This document shows, piece after piece, positions 38,118-50,364 of a DNA stretch of 64,000 bases. Position 1 is the stretch's first letter. The number at the start of each line of letters is the position of its first letter. The notes below the pieces were generated by a model that was not told the DNA's origin, searched no databases, and worked only from the letters and a program-made list of their open reading frames with translations. This stretch comes from Camelus dromedarius (lineage: Eukaryota). A program made the translations under genes and the position numbers. The stretch is from NCBI RefSeq assembly GCF_036321535.1, contig NC_087456.1, positions 36,580,001-36,644,000 of the forward strand. The letters run 5' to 3'.

Positions 38118-38205
38118 GGGAGGAGGCGAGCTCCCTGGTCAGAGCGCATGCTTGGCATGCATGAGGGCCTGGGTCCAATCCCCAGTGTCTTCGGCAAAGA
38201 AAAGA
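38118..38205 (+). mobile_element. Diverged or truncated Vic-1-like SINE
   Basis: agagcgcatgcttggcatgcatgagggcctgggtccaatccccagtg. Confidence 0.7.
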
Positions 38206-38580
38206 ATTTTTTTAATAAGGAAAAATAATTCTATTACAACAATTAAGGGTCATTAAATTAAATTTACAAATTAATTGTTTAAAAAATTACAAATTAAAGT
38301 TACAATTACCAATTAACTAGAACCAGACAGTGCATGGCCTAAAGACCAGACCCTGCCCCAGACTCTGAGCCCTAGATGGAGCCAGGCCTTGTCTGCCTCC
38401 CTGTCTCCCTAGGCCCCACACAGAACTCTCAAGAGGACCTTCTTAGAGCACCAGCCACACTTCCCTCTTCTCATTCTTTCTGTTAGAAACTCCCAATTTA
38501 ATTCCAGCCAAAGGAATAATACTGCACAGAATCACGGGCTGTCTGTGAGCCACCTCCAGGTTACAAAAGAGGGATTTCTG

Positions 38581-38582
<2 letters not shown>

Positions 38583-38612
<30 letters not shown>
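38583..38612. repeat. (GT)15 microsatellite
   Basis: Direct reading. Confidence 0.97.
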
Positions 38613-38615
<3 letters not shown>

Positions 38616-40229
38616 GGAAGGATTTATTACTTGCAGCAAGCAAGGAGAACCAGGGGTCTTCCCCAAAGCAGTATCTCTTATTCTTTTATGTATTACACCA
38701 AGATGGTGCGTCTTTCTTGAAATCCTGCCCACAGCTGACCCACAGCAGAAGTCACTCCTGGGGACCCCAGCTTCCTCATCTGGGGACTGCGCATGCTAGG
38801 GCTGTCATGAGGATTAAGTCAGCGAATGCAAAGTGCTCAGCTTAGAGCCGGGCATGGGGTTACACTCAGTTAATGTAACCCACTCAACTGCATCGCCTAA
38901 TAACACCTCCAAAATGTGGCAAAGTCCTGTTCACGGCCAGCGCTGAGGGGCTGCGATCATGCATTTGATAGGCTGTCAGTGATGGTAATGATGCAGCTGA
39001 CTTTATGAAGGCTGAGGATTACGATTTAATCCCCAGAAATAACCACGAGATGAAATGGGGAGTCCTTTTGTACTGGACTCACTGGACTGTATGAAAAATC
39101 AGGAGAGAGCAAGAAAAAACTATCTCCAAGGGGGAGCAGTCCTAACCTCCATTTTGCTTCAATTTGATTAGAACTTTCTTAGAACTGAGCTCTTTTGTAC
39201 TTTTTGATTGAAGAAAAAGGAATCTAGAAAATGCAGATTCAGCCACACGAGGTTGAAGGGTGAGCAGCCAGGGTGAACCTCCTTTCATCGCGAGCTTGGG
39301 TGGCCTGTAGTCCAGGACGCCCCCTACCACACGCATACGACGTCCGGGCTCTGCCCTCCAGCTCAGGTGGAGAGAGTCCTTCCTTACTGCTAATGCAGCA
39401 GCTCTTTTAAATGCCCAATTGTTCAAACCTGTTTTCATGTTTGACTCATTAAACAATAGCTCCTTTGGGGATCTGAAGTCATCAAACCTGCTTGCCACTC
39501 TGATTACTTTTACCTCCCTGACTCTTGGTTTCTTGACCTGTAAATTGAAGAGATGATACATCAGTAATAGCTAGAAAAATCAAATTAGGTAATGCATGTG
39601 AAATGCACATGAAACAGTTTTAAATGTGGCACATTACTGTATGTAAATTTAAATTGCAATATGGTTTGACTGTGCGTAGTTAACTCAGATATTTGTGAGT
39701 TAGCATAGATCATGTGTATGAAACTTGAACACACATAGCCTGGAACATAAGGCCTCCCTAAATCGGAATAAAATCAGAACCAACTATGCTTCTCTCATCT
39801 AAGGTAACACTGTTGGTAATCTTTCTTAGTCTGAGATCTCATTCACCATCAGCTGCAAACTTTTCTTCATTTAAGCTCTTGTCTCCCTTGGCCTTGGAGC
39901 AACAGGTGTCCCTACTGCTCTTCAGGGCCAGCCCCACACCTGGATCCTGGATCCATCTTCCACATTCCCCGGAGACCTCCCTGCGGCACCACCCCCTCCT
40001 TCCCTCTTCAGCATCTCTCTCATCTGAAAAAAAAATTGGCTCTTATAAAAGCCAACCTGCCAAGCTTGTGTGAATTGAGCTCTGTGCAGCATTTAGATGA
40101 CCAGACACCGCCCCATTTTAAATTACTCTCCTGGTGTTTTCTGAACTCTCTCCTCAGTTTCAGAGTCTCCTGCACCTCCTCAGCCTCGTTTCACTGCTTG
40201 TTCTTCTAATGAAATGGGGAGCTAGGGAA

Positions 40230-40558
40230 CAAAATGGAAATACTGGCTAGGAGGTAGAAATCAGTTAGTGTATTTCCTGGGAAAATTGAGATTAGCGTGT
40301 AGATGTATATGTCCAATGGGATATATGCAAATGATGGCTGGAACTCTGGCAGCTATTTTGGACCATGAGGATGAAGGCCACATCCTAAGGATGGAGTAGG
40401 AATTGGAAGGGGCCTGGATCCCTGATGCCAGGGAGCTCCATATCAGACCTTGGACTGCCTACTTCCTGACTTCTGTTACATAGACAGAAATAAACCTTAT
40501 GTTTTAAAAGCCACTTATTTGAGTTTCCTGTTTTTGCAGCCTAATCCTAACTAATACA
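40230..40558 (+). mobile_element. MLT1 (MaLR) LTR fragment within L2 sequence
   Basis: gctattttggaccatgagg...cttggactgcctacttcctgacttc...agaaataaaccttatg...ctaactaataca. Confidence 0.7.
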
Positions 40559-42048
40559 ATTCCCATTACCTACAAAATGAGATTCAAGCATAACTTAAAA
40601 GGCCCTGTGATTGGGTTGCTGCTCACTCTTCCACTTGGTCTCTGACCACTGCCTGTCACCCCCAGTCTCTTGTACTTTATTCTCAGCCATCCAAACCCCC
40701 TGTCCCTTTCTGAACACGCCTCCTGTGTCTTTGCGTGTTCTTCTCAGCGCCAGAGAGCCAATGTTCTGCCCTCCCTGAATCTGAGCCTCTGCAGAGATTC
40801 CCATCCAGGAAAGACAGTTTTCTAGAAATTTCACAACATGAACCAGGCTGACAACAGATAAGCTCCTAACAGGAGCAAAACCTATCCCAAATAATCCAGT
40901 TATTCTGAAAATAAAAGGAAGTGGTTTTTTGATCCATCAGAGGGCGACAAACCAAAAGAAAACGTAGAAAGTGTTCGGCAGTCAAGCAAGCCCACTTGAA
41001 GCCTTCCATTATGTTCAGATTTTTAAAAATGATTAACTCATTCTAATTATTGGTCTCGGGATACAAATCTATTACAATTTATCCAGTTTCATAATTTTTG
41101 AATTATTGAATTGAGCATATTATTTTCCCACTTTGTAGGTATTATATTCGGCTGCATTTTGGGGTCCACAACAAAGAATTGCAACAGGATGATGGACATT
41201 AATTTGAAGTCCAAAGCGGAAGTGGAGGAGAGACGTCAGAGCCAGGCTGCGTCGCAGCTCAGTGGTGGGGACAGCGGCGGGGCTCCTAGTGCAGTTCCCT
41301 CACCCGGGAACCTCAGCTACCAGATTCAGTAATCCAGTAAACCAGCCATTACTGCTAAGTCCCTTCTTTATGCAGGACACGCACATCCTCTCATTCAATC
41401 CCCAGCCCCCCAGCCCCCCATAAGACAGGGTCAGTTATTGTGATTCCTGCTGTTTTGTAGATGAGGGAAACTCAGTTTCCAGGCAGTTGGCTACCTCGCC
41501 TGGGATTACCGGTCTGTTAAGTCATAGAGCCAAGCTGAGGGCTCAAAGAATTGGGCGCCATCGCCTGTGTTCTGCATCACTACCCTGTACTGTGGTTTTT
41601 ACAAAGATTCTGTCTGGTTCTCAAATTTCTGTGGCCCTGTGATTAGCACAAGGATTAAACTAGCACAAAGGTAGCTTAATATCTGTCACATTTTGCATTT
41701 TCTTTCTAAACTCTAGTGCACGTTAGATCAAGAGTCTTAGAAGCAGGCACTGTAACAGGCCTGTGCTTTCTGATGCGCTGATGACATCTTTACGATCACT
41801 CAGTGACATACCCTGCGTACATCTAGCAACACTGCCAGGAATTTAAAAAGAAACAATGACATTAAGCTAGCAATCGTTTTTTAATAGAAAAGGGAAAGGA
41901 CTCAGGGATTAGGAAATGTCCCAGACACCCTTTTCTCTTTGAATCCTGCTGGTTTCATTCCAGAGAAGATTAGTAAGATTTAGGACTGCTGTGGGCCCCA
42001 CAGCCTACCGGGTAACCTGTTCCTACATAAAGGAGCTCTGCGGCACAC

Positions 42049-42196
42049 TTAGGAAGAACAACTTTTTAAAAAGGCCAAGTTGACCTTGGATCAGCTGCCT
42101 TTTCCCCTCTGTGCTTTGCCAACATGGCCCAAGGTCATTTCTGACATCCTGCTAAAAACATTGCCAACTCTTCCAAGTAGAATTGTAGCAGTTTTT
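42049..42196 (-). pseudogene. DDX59: Disabled homologue of the human DDX59 alternative terminal exon (isoform-2 C-terminus)
   Basis: Acceptor ctcttccatcctcccctttag|. Reads KNCYNSTWKSWQCF*QDVR, then after a +1 shift MTLGHVGKAQ...CSS*. Colinear with the recalled human sequence ENTYKSTWRNPQHFQQDVRMTLGYVGKAQW...KKNCSS*. Confidence 0.75.
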
Positions 42197-42248
42197 CTAA
42201 AGGGGAGGATGGAAGAGTTTTGTGTCACTTAACTTTCAACAAGTTTAA

Positions 42249-42384
42249 TTTAATTTTAACTTTTTTTTTTTTGGAGGGGGAGGTAACTCGGTTTATCTAT
42301 TTATTTAATGGAGGCACTGGGGATTGAATCCAGGTCCTCGTGCACGCTAAGCACGTGCTCTCCCACTGAGCTGTACCCTCCCTC
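42249..42384 (-). mobile_element. Vic-1-like SINE with a 13-bp target-site duplication
   Basis: Reverse-oriented body and poly-T; tcaacaagtttaa at 42236-42248 and 42383-42395. Confidence 0.9.
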
Positions 42385-43569
42385 AACAAGTTTAAAAAGA
42401 GATATTGGATGGTTTTAGGAAGGCTATTGAATATGCAGAGATCACTCAGCTGTCCATCTGAACCCCAAAATAGTTTATAATCACTGAATAATCAGATACT
42501 GGTAAATGGTAACCCCGGGAGTGTCTAGACTTATCTAAACTGATAGACATTTAGTTTTTATAATCACTTTTTAGTTTGTGTGTTCATGTAAATTAGTTCT
42601 TATTTAAAAACAGTATTAAAAAGACTGTGCCAAGCGATTGCTTCTCTTATTTGTGACTTTAAGAAGGCGGCTGTCAAATTAGAGGCCACCTGGCCTGCAA
42701 GCATTATGTATCATCAGCCTTTCCAGCCAGAGAACAGGAGGGTCACTTCCTTGCAGCTTCATGAGCAATTCCACACGCTTCCACATGCCTCTGCCTGTTT
42801 GCAGAAGGATTGGTTTTTTTTTTTCCTTTCTTTCTGGTTTAGACCACAGACTGTTCTCTGACTCACTCAGGAAAGAAAAGAAATCCACCATCAGAAACAG
42901 TTCTGCATTTCTTTCTTTCTTTCTTTCTTTCTTTTTTTTTTTTTTCAGATCTGATGGTCTGGGGCACAACAAGAGTTCAGTGTTCTGTTTGGATGACTGG
43001 TTCCGGGTCCCTCCAGCACACAGAGATGGATAATGACGGTATTTTCTGTCTTCTGTGGTGACAGTGTTTTCCCAGGCCGGGGAGTCGGTTTGGATGGACT
43101 TCATGGGTTTCATTTAATTCATATGAAATAGTGCCCAAAGAATGAGTCTGTTCACTGAGTCCTTTATTTCTCCCAGCTGCATTTCTTCAATATTATTAAT
43201 TGAATCTCTGTCCTACAACCTTTCATTGGCCTCGAAAGTCCACAACAATTGACAACAATTAGGCCTGAGCAGTTTGAGACGATATTCCCGAGAAACGGAG
43301 AGCGAAACACACTTCAGGTTGATCAGTCTGTGCCCTGGATGGTTGGATTTGCCTGAATTTAACAAGGGGAATGCACTCTGGGGCCCAGAAATCGGTCCTA
43401 CTCTTTGAAAGTCTAAAGCAAGGCCGTCCAAGGTAACACTAGCCACACGTGAACCTCAAATCTTACCGTGGCGCTATTAAGAAAAGTAAAAAGAAAAGGG
43501 TAGCATTTTAATAACGTATTTTATTTAGCCCAACATATCAGAAATATTTCAATACATAGTGAACATACA

Positions 43570-43790
43570 TTTTAAATTGAGGTATAGTTGATTTGCAATC
43601 TTGTATAAATTTCAAGTGTACAACAGTGATTCACAATTTTTAAAGATCACAATCCTTTTATAATTATTATAAACTATTGGCTACCGCCCCGTGCTATACA
43701 ATATAGCCTTGTAGCTTATTTATTTTATACACAGTAATTTGTATAACCTCTTAACCCCCTACCCCTATCTTTCCCCTCCCCACTTCCTTC
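43570..43790 (-). mobile_element. L1 3'UTR fragment
   Basis: tttaaattgaggtatagttgattt...ccgtgctatacaatatagccttgtagcttatt. Confidence 0.7.
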
Positions 43791-44100
43791 TGTTGCTGGG
43801 AAACCCCGCCTCTGTGCCCCGAAAGACGAATTCAGACCCGGAGACAGAGATTTGGGAGAACCAGAAACGAGCAGCTTTACTGCTTTGCCTGGCAAAGGGG
43901 AGTCACAAAATTCCCTGCTCTCTCCCTGCAATTAACTTAGAAGCTTAGTTGCAAAAAATACACAGTAGAGATAAGTACCGCTTCAGCAAGAGGACGAAAG
44001 CTTAAAAAGGCTGGTGAGGACCGCTCTCTGAAACTGGTTACGCCGGAGCCAAAGTATGTTCTTCTTGTGCCCAGCTTGGGAAGAGGGTGAAAATGCCTTG
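43791..44100 (-). mobile_element. LTR remnant abutting the L1 3'UTR fragment
   Basis: ggagacagagatttgggagaa...agcagctttactgctttgcctggcaaagggg resembles a reverse-oriented R/U5; right boundary uncertain. Confidence 0.45.
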
Positions 44101-44866
44101 TAAAATATTACAGCACGTCCCCGAGCTCCAGGCCACCTCCCCTCTGGCTCCTCCTGCTGTCCGCGCAGCACAAGGTTCCCCGCGGAGCCGCGAGCCCAGG
44201 CCTGCAGCCGGATTTTAGACTAGAAGGACCGCCGGCCGGCGCCTCCCCACCTCCGGAAGGACGGGAAGTCCTGTCTGCGACAGCGCTCTGGAGGCTGCCG
44301 TTTTTTGCCCCAGGGCGTTTTCCTCATTATTCTCACGGCTCTCCCGGTCAAGGCCCCCATTTAAATGCGTGATGGAGTCTCCTTAACACGTGACCGTGCG
44401 GCTTCCTGAGACTGAATTTCATTAGCCTCGTTTCTGCTCATTTCCCTAAACTGGGAGGCTCTTTGGTGACCCGGCCTGTTCCTGGAGGGTGGCACTGACA
44501 CTCCTGCCCTCAGGCTCGTCCGTAAACTCAGCTCCCTCCCCGGGGACACGGTGAACGCATTCTCCCTTTGTGTTAAGGGCACCAGCAAGGGGTCATCAGA
44601 ACACGCACGGTCGGCAGGGGGGCTGCCTTGCCCGGGAGGTGGGCCTGGCCTGGGCCCTCCCGGCTGTGCTCCGACTCTCCCCCCACCCGGCGGGCGTCCT
44701 GGGGAGGAAGGAGGGGAGGCTGCCTTTCACACCCACAGACAGAGCTCTCTGGAAACGCCAGCTTTCCCAGCCTGCTGTGCCCCTCGGCTCCGGCTGGAGT
44801 CTTTCTGCTTCCTTTTCCAGGAGGGGAGTGGCTTTCCTGGAGAAGTGAAATAGGTGGGAAGGAGAA

Positions 44867-44995
44867 GGGGGCGTGTAGCTCAGCGGCAGAGCGCATGCCC
44901 AGCACGCAGGCCGTGCTGGGTTCAAACCCCAGGACCTCCATTCAATCAATCAATAAACCTAATTACCGCCCCCCCCCCGCCAGCTAAACAAGAAA
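44867..44995 (+). mobile_element. Vic-1-like SINE
   Basis: gtagctcagcggcagagcgc...gggttcaaacccc...aataaacctaattaccgcccccc. Confidence 0.85.
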
Positions 44996-45161
44996 GTGGA
45001 AAGAAAAAGAAACAAAATATGCAGTGGCGGGGGCTCCCCTTTCTCTTCACTGCCCCCCACCCCGGACCTCCCTCTCCCCGACCCCTGACTCTGCTCAGCG
45101 CACCTAAAACCACCACCTTTGACGGCCTGCCTGCCCCAGAGTCTGACCTCATGCGGCTGCC

Positions 45162-45180
45162 GGGGGGGGGGGGGGGGGGG
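45162..45180. repeat. G19 homopolymer
   Basis: Direct reading. Confidence 0.9.
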
Positions 45181-47067
45181 CGGTGATGCTCTGGCCCGCT
45201 CGGTACCGGGCGCTGAACTTGAACCCGTCCCGCCTGCCCCACCTGTTTGTGTGAAACCTCGGCTGGGGCTGTTCAGTGATTTATGGACATGGAACCCGAG
45301 CTCAGAACCAGGCCTTCGGACCTCACGAAGCTCACGCTCAAGATAAAAGCCCCTTCGCGGAAGGAGATTGTGAGAGCGCATGCCTGGGGAGGGCGGGGCT
45401 ACGGGGGTGGGGGGCAGGTGTGTGGCCAAGAGGAACCCGGTGACACGGGGCAGAAACAAGGCAATGGACGTGACACGCTGAGGATCAACGCGATTTGATA
45501 ACTGACTGAGACGTGGGAAGAGGGTGGGGGAGGTGACACCTGACAATCACTGATCGGGTGGCCGAGGTGTCAGGAGGCCCCCCAGGTCTGCGATGACTCT
45601 GGGGCCGGAGCCACGTGACTGGACAGACGTCTGGATGTCTGCTCTGTCCTCAGCAAGGAGACGGCGCTTTGGGTCCATCACAAGCTTCTCAGGGTGCTGG
45701 CCAGCCTTCCAAGGGGGGCAGGTCGTCCGAGGGACCAGCCCGGGGCCACCGCGAAAGCTCGCGCAGGGGGCATCTGCTGCCTTGCTCACAGCACGTTTTG
45801 GAGGCCCTGAAGCTGCACCTGCTCGGCAACCTCATTCCCTTCTCTGCGCCTCAGTTTTCTTATCTGTACTGGGTTGTCAGGAAAGCTGAACATTTCCCTA
45901 GTACGTGGCCTTCCATGCACTTAGCTCTTATCCTTCCATGTTTCCTGGTCCACAAAATCCCACCACCTTATCATGTATCCAAATAAAACATTTAGCTCTG
46001 AACTGTTCTTAGAAACGATGAACAGCACATATACGTAAATTTTAAAACGGCTGTCTCTCTCAGTGAGTTGCTCTTCCTAGAATAAACTTTGTTTACCAAA
46101 ATATAAATAAAATTTAAAAAATACATTTGTTTCTTCAAGAAAAAAAAGTGCAAAAAAGTTTAAGTCACTTTCCCCAAATTCCAGTAAGAATGAACTCATC
46201 GGAGTCCTTCAGATGTGAACCAGAGGTAATCGTGAGGAAGCCAGACGGGCAGATGGGTCTGGGGCACTGGTGCCAACGAGGAGGGGCTAGGGGAGGGGCT
46301 GGGGGTTTCTGAGCCAGGGCGGGGAGATGGGAGACTAGAAATTTTAAAGCAATGAACTAAAACCCTCCAGTTACTAGCATTTTTTCAAGATTAGAAAAGC
46401 TGGTAGTGAAAGCTAACGTAAGCCTCTGATTCATGGTCTCTGCTTTCAAAAGCTCTTGGTCTGAAGCTTATAGATTAAGGAGCCTGACTTTTTCTAAAAG
46501 ACGTTTGTGTACATTACTCACAGCCATGAAGGACCACGAGGTCTAGAAAATCATAACAGGTCACCGCACAACCTGTAGACTCAAGTCCCGGTCACATTAA
46601 TATTTGCGATGGTTTTCTGGCAATTTAATGAATGTATAGCTAACACTACTGACTTCAAACCTGTGCAAGACTGATCCTATAAATGTGTTGTATTATGAAA
46701 GAAATCTACTAAGATTGCATTCCATACTTTGGTTTTGGAAAAAGTGGTTATTATAAACGTATCTCTGATTCTTTGTTTGCATTTCTTAAAAAATATAAAT
46801 CTGCTGGATTCATTAGTCTCACAAAAGGTATGTAGTCCTTCAGTTGCAGAATAAAACTGGAAAAAGCAATATTTTTGCAAAACAGAATGTAGATTAATAA
46901 AAATTTGTTCTTTGAGAATATTATGACCCGAAGATTGAAACCACACTCAGAAATTAATCAAAAAAAAGCTTCAGAAGCATCATTTACACCTAAAGGAAAT
47001 GGAAATCCTACAAATCCCATTGTATAGATTTTTTTTAGAAGGATGTGTACAGTTCCATGAGACGAAA

Positions 47068-47523
47068 TGTTACGGAAACGACAGGCCAGCCAAGAAACAA
47101 GCACCACTCAGAGGGTTGGAGTACTCAGATGTATTACGCCTCAGAGGGGCTTCTGCTCCGAAGCTCTGGGCACCTCCAAGACGTGCGCGTGAGGTTTTAT
47201 AGGGTCAAGTACAAGCTTGGGGTATTCGGCCAATAGGCATAGAACAGCTTTAGCAGCATCATTATCACAAAAGTGGAGGCAGGGAGGCAGCAAACCAACA
47301 TTCCAAAGCCAGATATCTCTTTGAAAACCGAGCTGGCTAGCAAAAAAACATGAACAGCAAACCAGTACTAATTAACCTAGATTTACAAGTTAGTCCAGCA
47401 GAACTCAGATCAGTATTCGGATACTTAGATTTGTGTGTTATCTTGTTAGCCCAGCCCAGCTTTTCTTTCACATTCTTAGATTCGTGAGTTGTCTTGTTAG
47501 ACCAGCCTGGCTTTTCCTTCACA
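47068..47523 (-). mobile_element. ERV solo LTR with recognisable promoter and a 51-bp U3 duplication
   Basis: Minus strand TGTGAAGG...CCGTAACA. CCAAT at 47230-47234, TATAAAA at 47195-47201, AATACA at 47130-47135. Duplicated units start at 47424 and 47475. Confidence 0.72.
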
Positions 47524-48111
47524 CTACATGACCTCAGTGCACACTGAATACAAGGAGAAGACGGCAGGAAAGTCAAAGCCATTCGCCCTCCTTTACCTGG
47601 GAGCCTAAACCAGTTCTCCAGGTCCTGGACTGATGTGCCCAGAACACGTGCAGTCTGGGCATTTCTTTAAAACCCATAGGAATTTCCCTTGAATCATTTA
47701 CAATGACCTCTTATTAAAAAAGAAATCCAAAGCGCGTCCCCACGCAGTAACAGCTCTCCAGCATCACTAAGCTGAAGTCCTTGGTTTCCCCGAGGCCTGA
47801 ATGAATTGCACTTCCACGTGGGCTGGTCCACATCTACAGATGAGAGCTCAAGTGTACAACCTGTTTAACTAGCACGGTGCTGTCTTTCCTCATAACATGA
47901 CACTGAAGTAGTACTACTTACAAGCACACGAACTCCACACTCCTCCTCCATCCCCAAATCTAAAGGAATGAAAGGAAACTTAGTACCCAGTTACCCATAA
48001 AGAAGTAAATATGGAATATGCCCGTTATTTAAAAAGGACGTATTGTGACGTGGACGTGTCCCAGCTTTCCCCACAGGCTACACGTCTGCCTTCGTGCTGT
48101 TCCTCCAAAGA

Positions 48112-48115
<4 letters not shown>

Positions 48116-48155
<40 letters not shown>
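48116..48155. repeat. (TG)20 microsatellite
   Basis: Direct reading. Confidence 0.97.
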
Positions 48156-48156
<1 letters not shown>

Positions 48157-49292
48157 ACGTTTGCGGACACACACGTGTACACACGGATATGTAAAATGTC
48201 ATTTTCAATTAGTTTTCTGCATCTTTTACACGTTTTAATTCATGAAAGTCATGAGCTAATTGTGTGAAATGTCTGAAAAACCGTAACAACCATTCGCAGA
48301 CGGCCCCACTTCCCCCCCACTCCCCGAAGCAGCAGCCCTGGCCGGTCGCATGCGGCTCTCAGCCTCCCACACTGCGGCAGCTTGGTCACTTCTAAAATGC
48401 TGCCCTGGTTCCAGAATTCGCTTTCCTGTTATTTCCTGACTCCAAGCCCTTAAAATCCTCTGTAATTCCACTGTAAACACCACCAGGAAACAAAATAGAA
48501 AAAAAAAAAAACCACTGAAACATCCCCTCCCTAACTTAACTGTCCTTCCATCACCTGATCCTGGCTTCCCTTCAGTGGCGCTGGGTGATGGGGGCACGCC
48601 AGGGACACGGCAGTTCCTGACGGCCCCGTTGATGATGGGTACTGGACGTGTCCCGGAAGGTGGGGTGAGCCGTGTGATCCCCCAGCAGTGGTGTCCAGTG
48701 CCATCCTGGGAAGCGGAGCAGATGGTCCAGGCTGGGAGCCAGGGAAGAAAGCTGTAACGGGGCCTCGGATGGAGGAGGATCTGGATGCCAGAGGAACTCA
48801 GACTTGGTGCTGCTGTCCCCAGGGGCCGCCGAAGACTTCTGAGCAAGGAGACATCAGGGAAGAAGCGAAACGATACTCACAAATGTCCCCCTGCTCTGCA
48901 CAGGAGACCCCGAGTGCGGGTCCTGGCATCAGAACAGCCAGCTTCAGAAGCGGCTGGAATAACCAGGTTCCAGGCAGTGGGGTCCTGGGTGTCCGGGGGA
49001 GCGTGAGAATGTGGGTGTTTTGAAGCAAGAACAGGACTTGGCAACTAAGCAGACATGGAGAATAAAGGATGAGCGGACAGTGTCCCTGATCATGAGCACG
49101 ACACAGGCAACAGGGAGTCGGAAAGGGCGAAACCGGCTCTTGATGAGGAAAGTGGTCAGCCTGACTCCAGACAGGCGGGATCTGAGCCAGAGGCTCAGCG
49201 GTAACTGAAGACACGCCACTGGGGCACAGGGCGAAGGGTGGGACGCGTGCTTTTATTACAGACTGCACTATTTTATCTGCTCCACCTCTAAG

Positions 49293-49416
49293 TTTTTTGT
49301 TTTTATGAGGGGAGGTAATTAGGTTTATTTATTTATTTAATGGAAGGACTGGGGGTGGAACCCAGGACCTCGTGTCTGCTAAGCACATGCCCTACCTCTG
49401 AGCTGCACCCTCCCCC
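49293..49416 (-). mobile_element. Vic-1-like SINE
   Basis: ggaggtaattaggtttatttatt...gaacccaggacctc...ctgagctgcaccctccccc. Confidence 0.87.
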
Positions 49417-50364
49417 GGAGCACGACATTTTTAAACACATCAAATGTAGGGCAGATAGTAATGAATTTCCCCGGACCAAGCACCTGGCTTCCATAATGAG
49501 CAACTCCCGGCCAACCTAGCTTCCTCTAGACTTGCCGCCCTGTGTGATTCCAAAGCACATTCCAGACGGGAGGGTTTTAAAAGCAGGAAGCACAGAACAT
49601 GTAGATTGTAGTTCAGAGAATTTTAGAGCCAACCTTCTCACCTCACAGAGGAGACAAGCTAAGGATCAGCAGCACTGACTGATTTCCCTGCTTAAAAGGG
49701 AAAATTTGCAAGAGGCTTTGCCAACTTTTTATCTTTCTGAGATGAAATGAGAAAAGTAAGGCTATGCAAATTTTTCAGAAAGCCAAAATTCAAATTTTAA
49801 AATCACTGTTTGTAAGCATTTTACAAATGACTCTCTGTAAGCACACTGGAACAGTAAACATTTGTCTTAGGTTCATTCGTAATTCTGTCGGACAACACGA
49901 CACGTGCCCTTCTAAAATCGGTCCTCACTTCCACAGCAGAACAAGAGAGCAGTGTTGACTCAATTATCGTTGGTTGGTTTTCGCACTGTGACCTCAGAGT
50001 CTCTGGGGTCCCCCTAAGTGTGTTTGGGAGACAGCAGAGCCCTGTCTGTCCGCAGTCAGTTTGCGTGTGGCTGCCAGGAACGTCACCTTGAATGACATGT
50101 CCCCTCTTGTACCAAACCTACCCTGTGCTTGGAGCTGTGTGGACTGTGGGAAGCAGTAAACACAACATGGCAGTAAGGGATGTGTTGACACTAATTCCAC
50201 AGGAGGGCACAACCTGAATAATGCTCAGCCTGCCACAAGAAAACAGTGTAGTTCTATCAGAAAATATGTCCGTTCATGAAGCCAACTGAGATTTATTAAA
50301 GTAAATTAATCAGTGAGAGCCATAGTTTAAGTCGGTGGCAATGTTCTTCATAAGGATGTTATGA

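Noticed and set aside
38480-38700. LTR-like sequence around the (GT)15 repeat
   Set aside because: Too short and degenerate to bound or classify with confidence.
41770-41810. TGATGA (box C-like) motif suggesting a snoRNA
   Set aside because: No downstream CTGA box D with a terminal stem, and it is not in a host intron on that strand.
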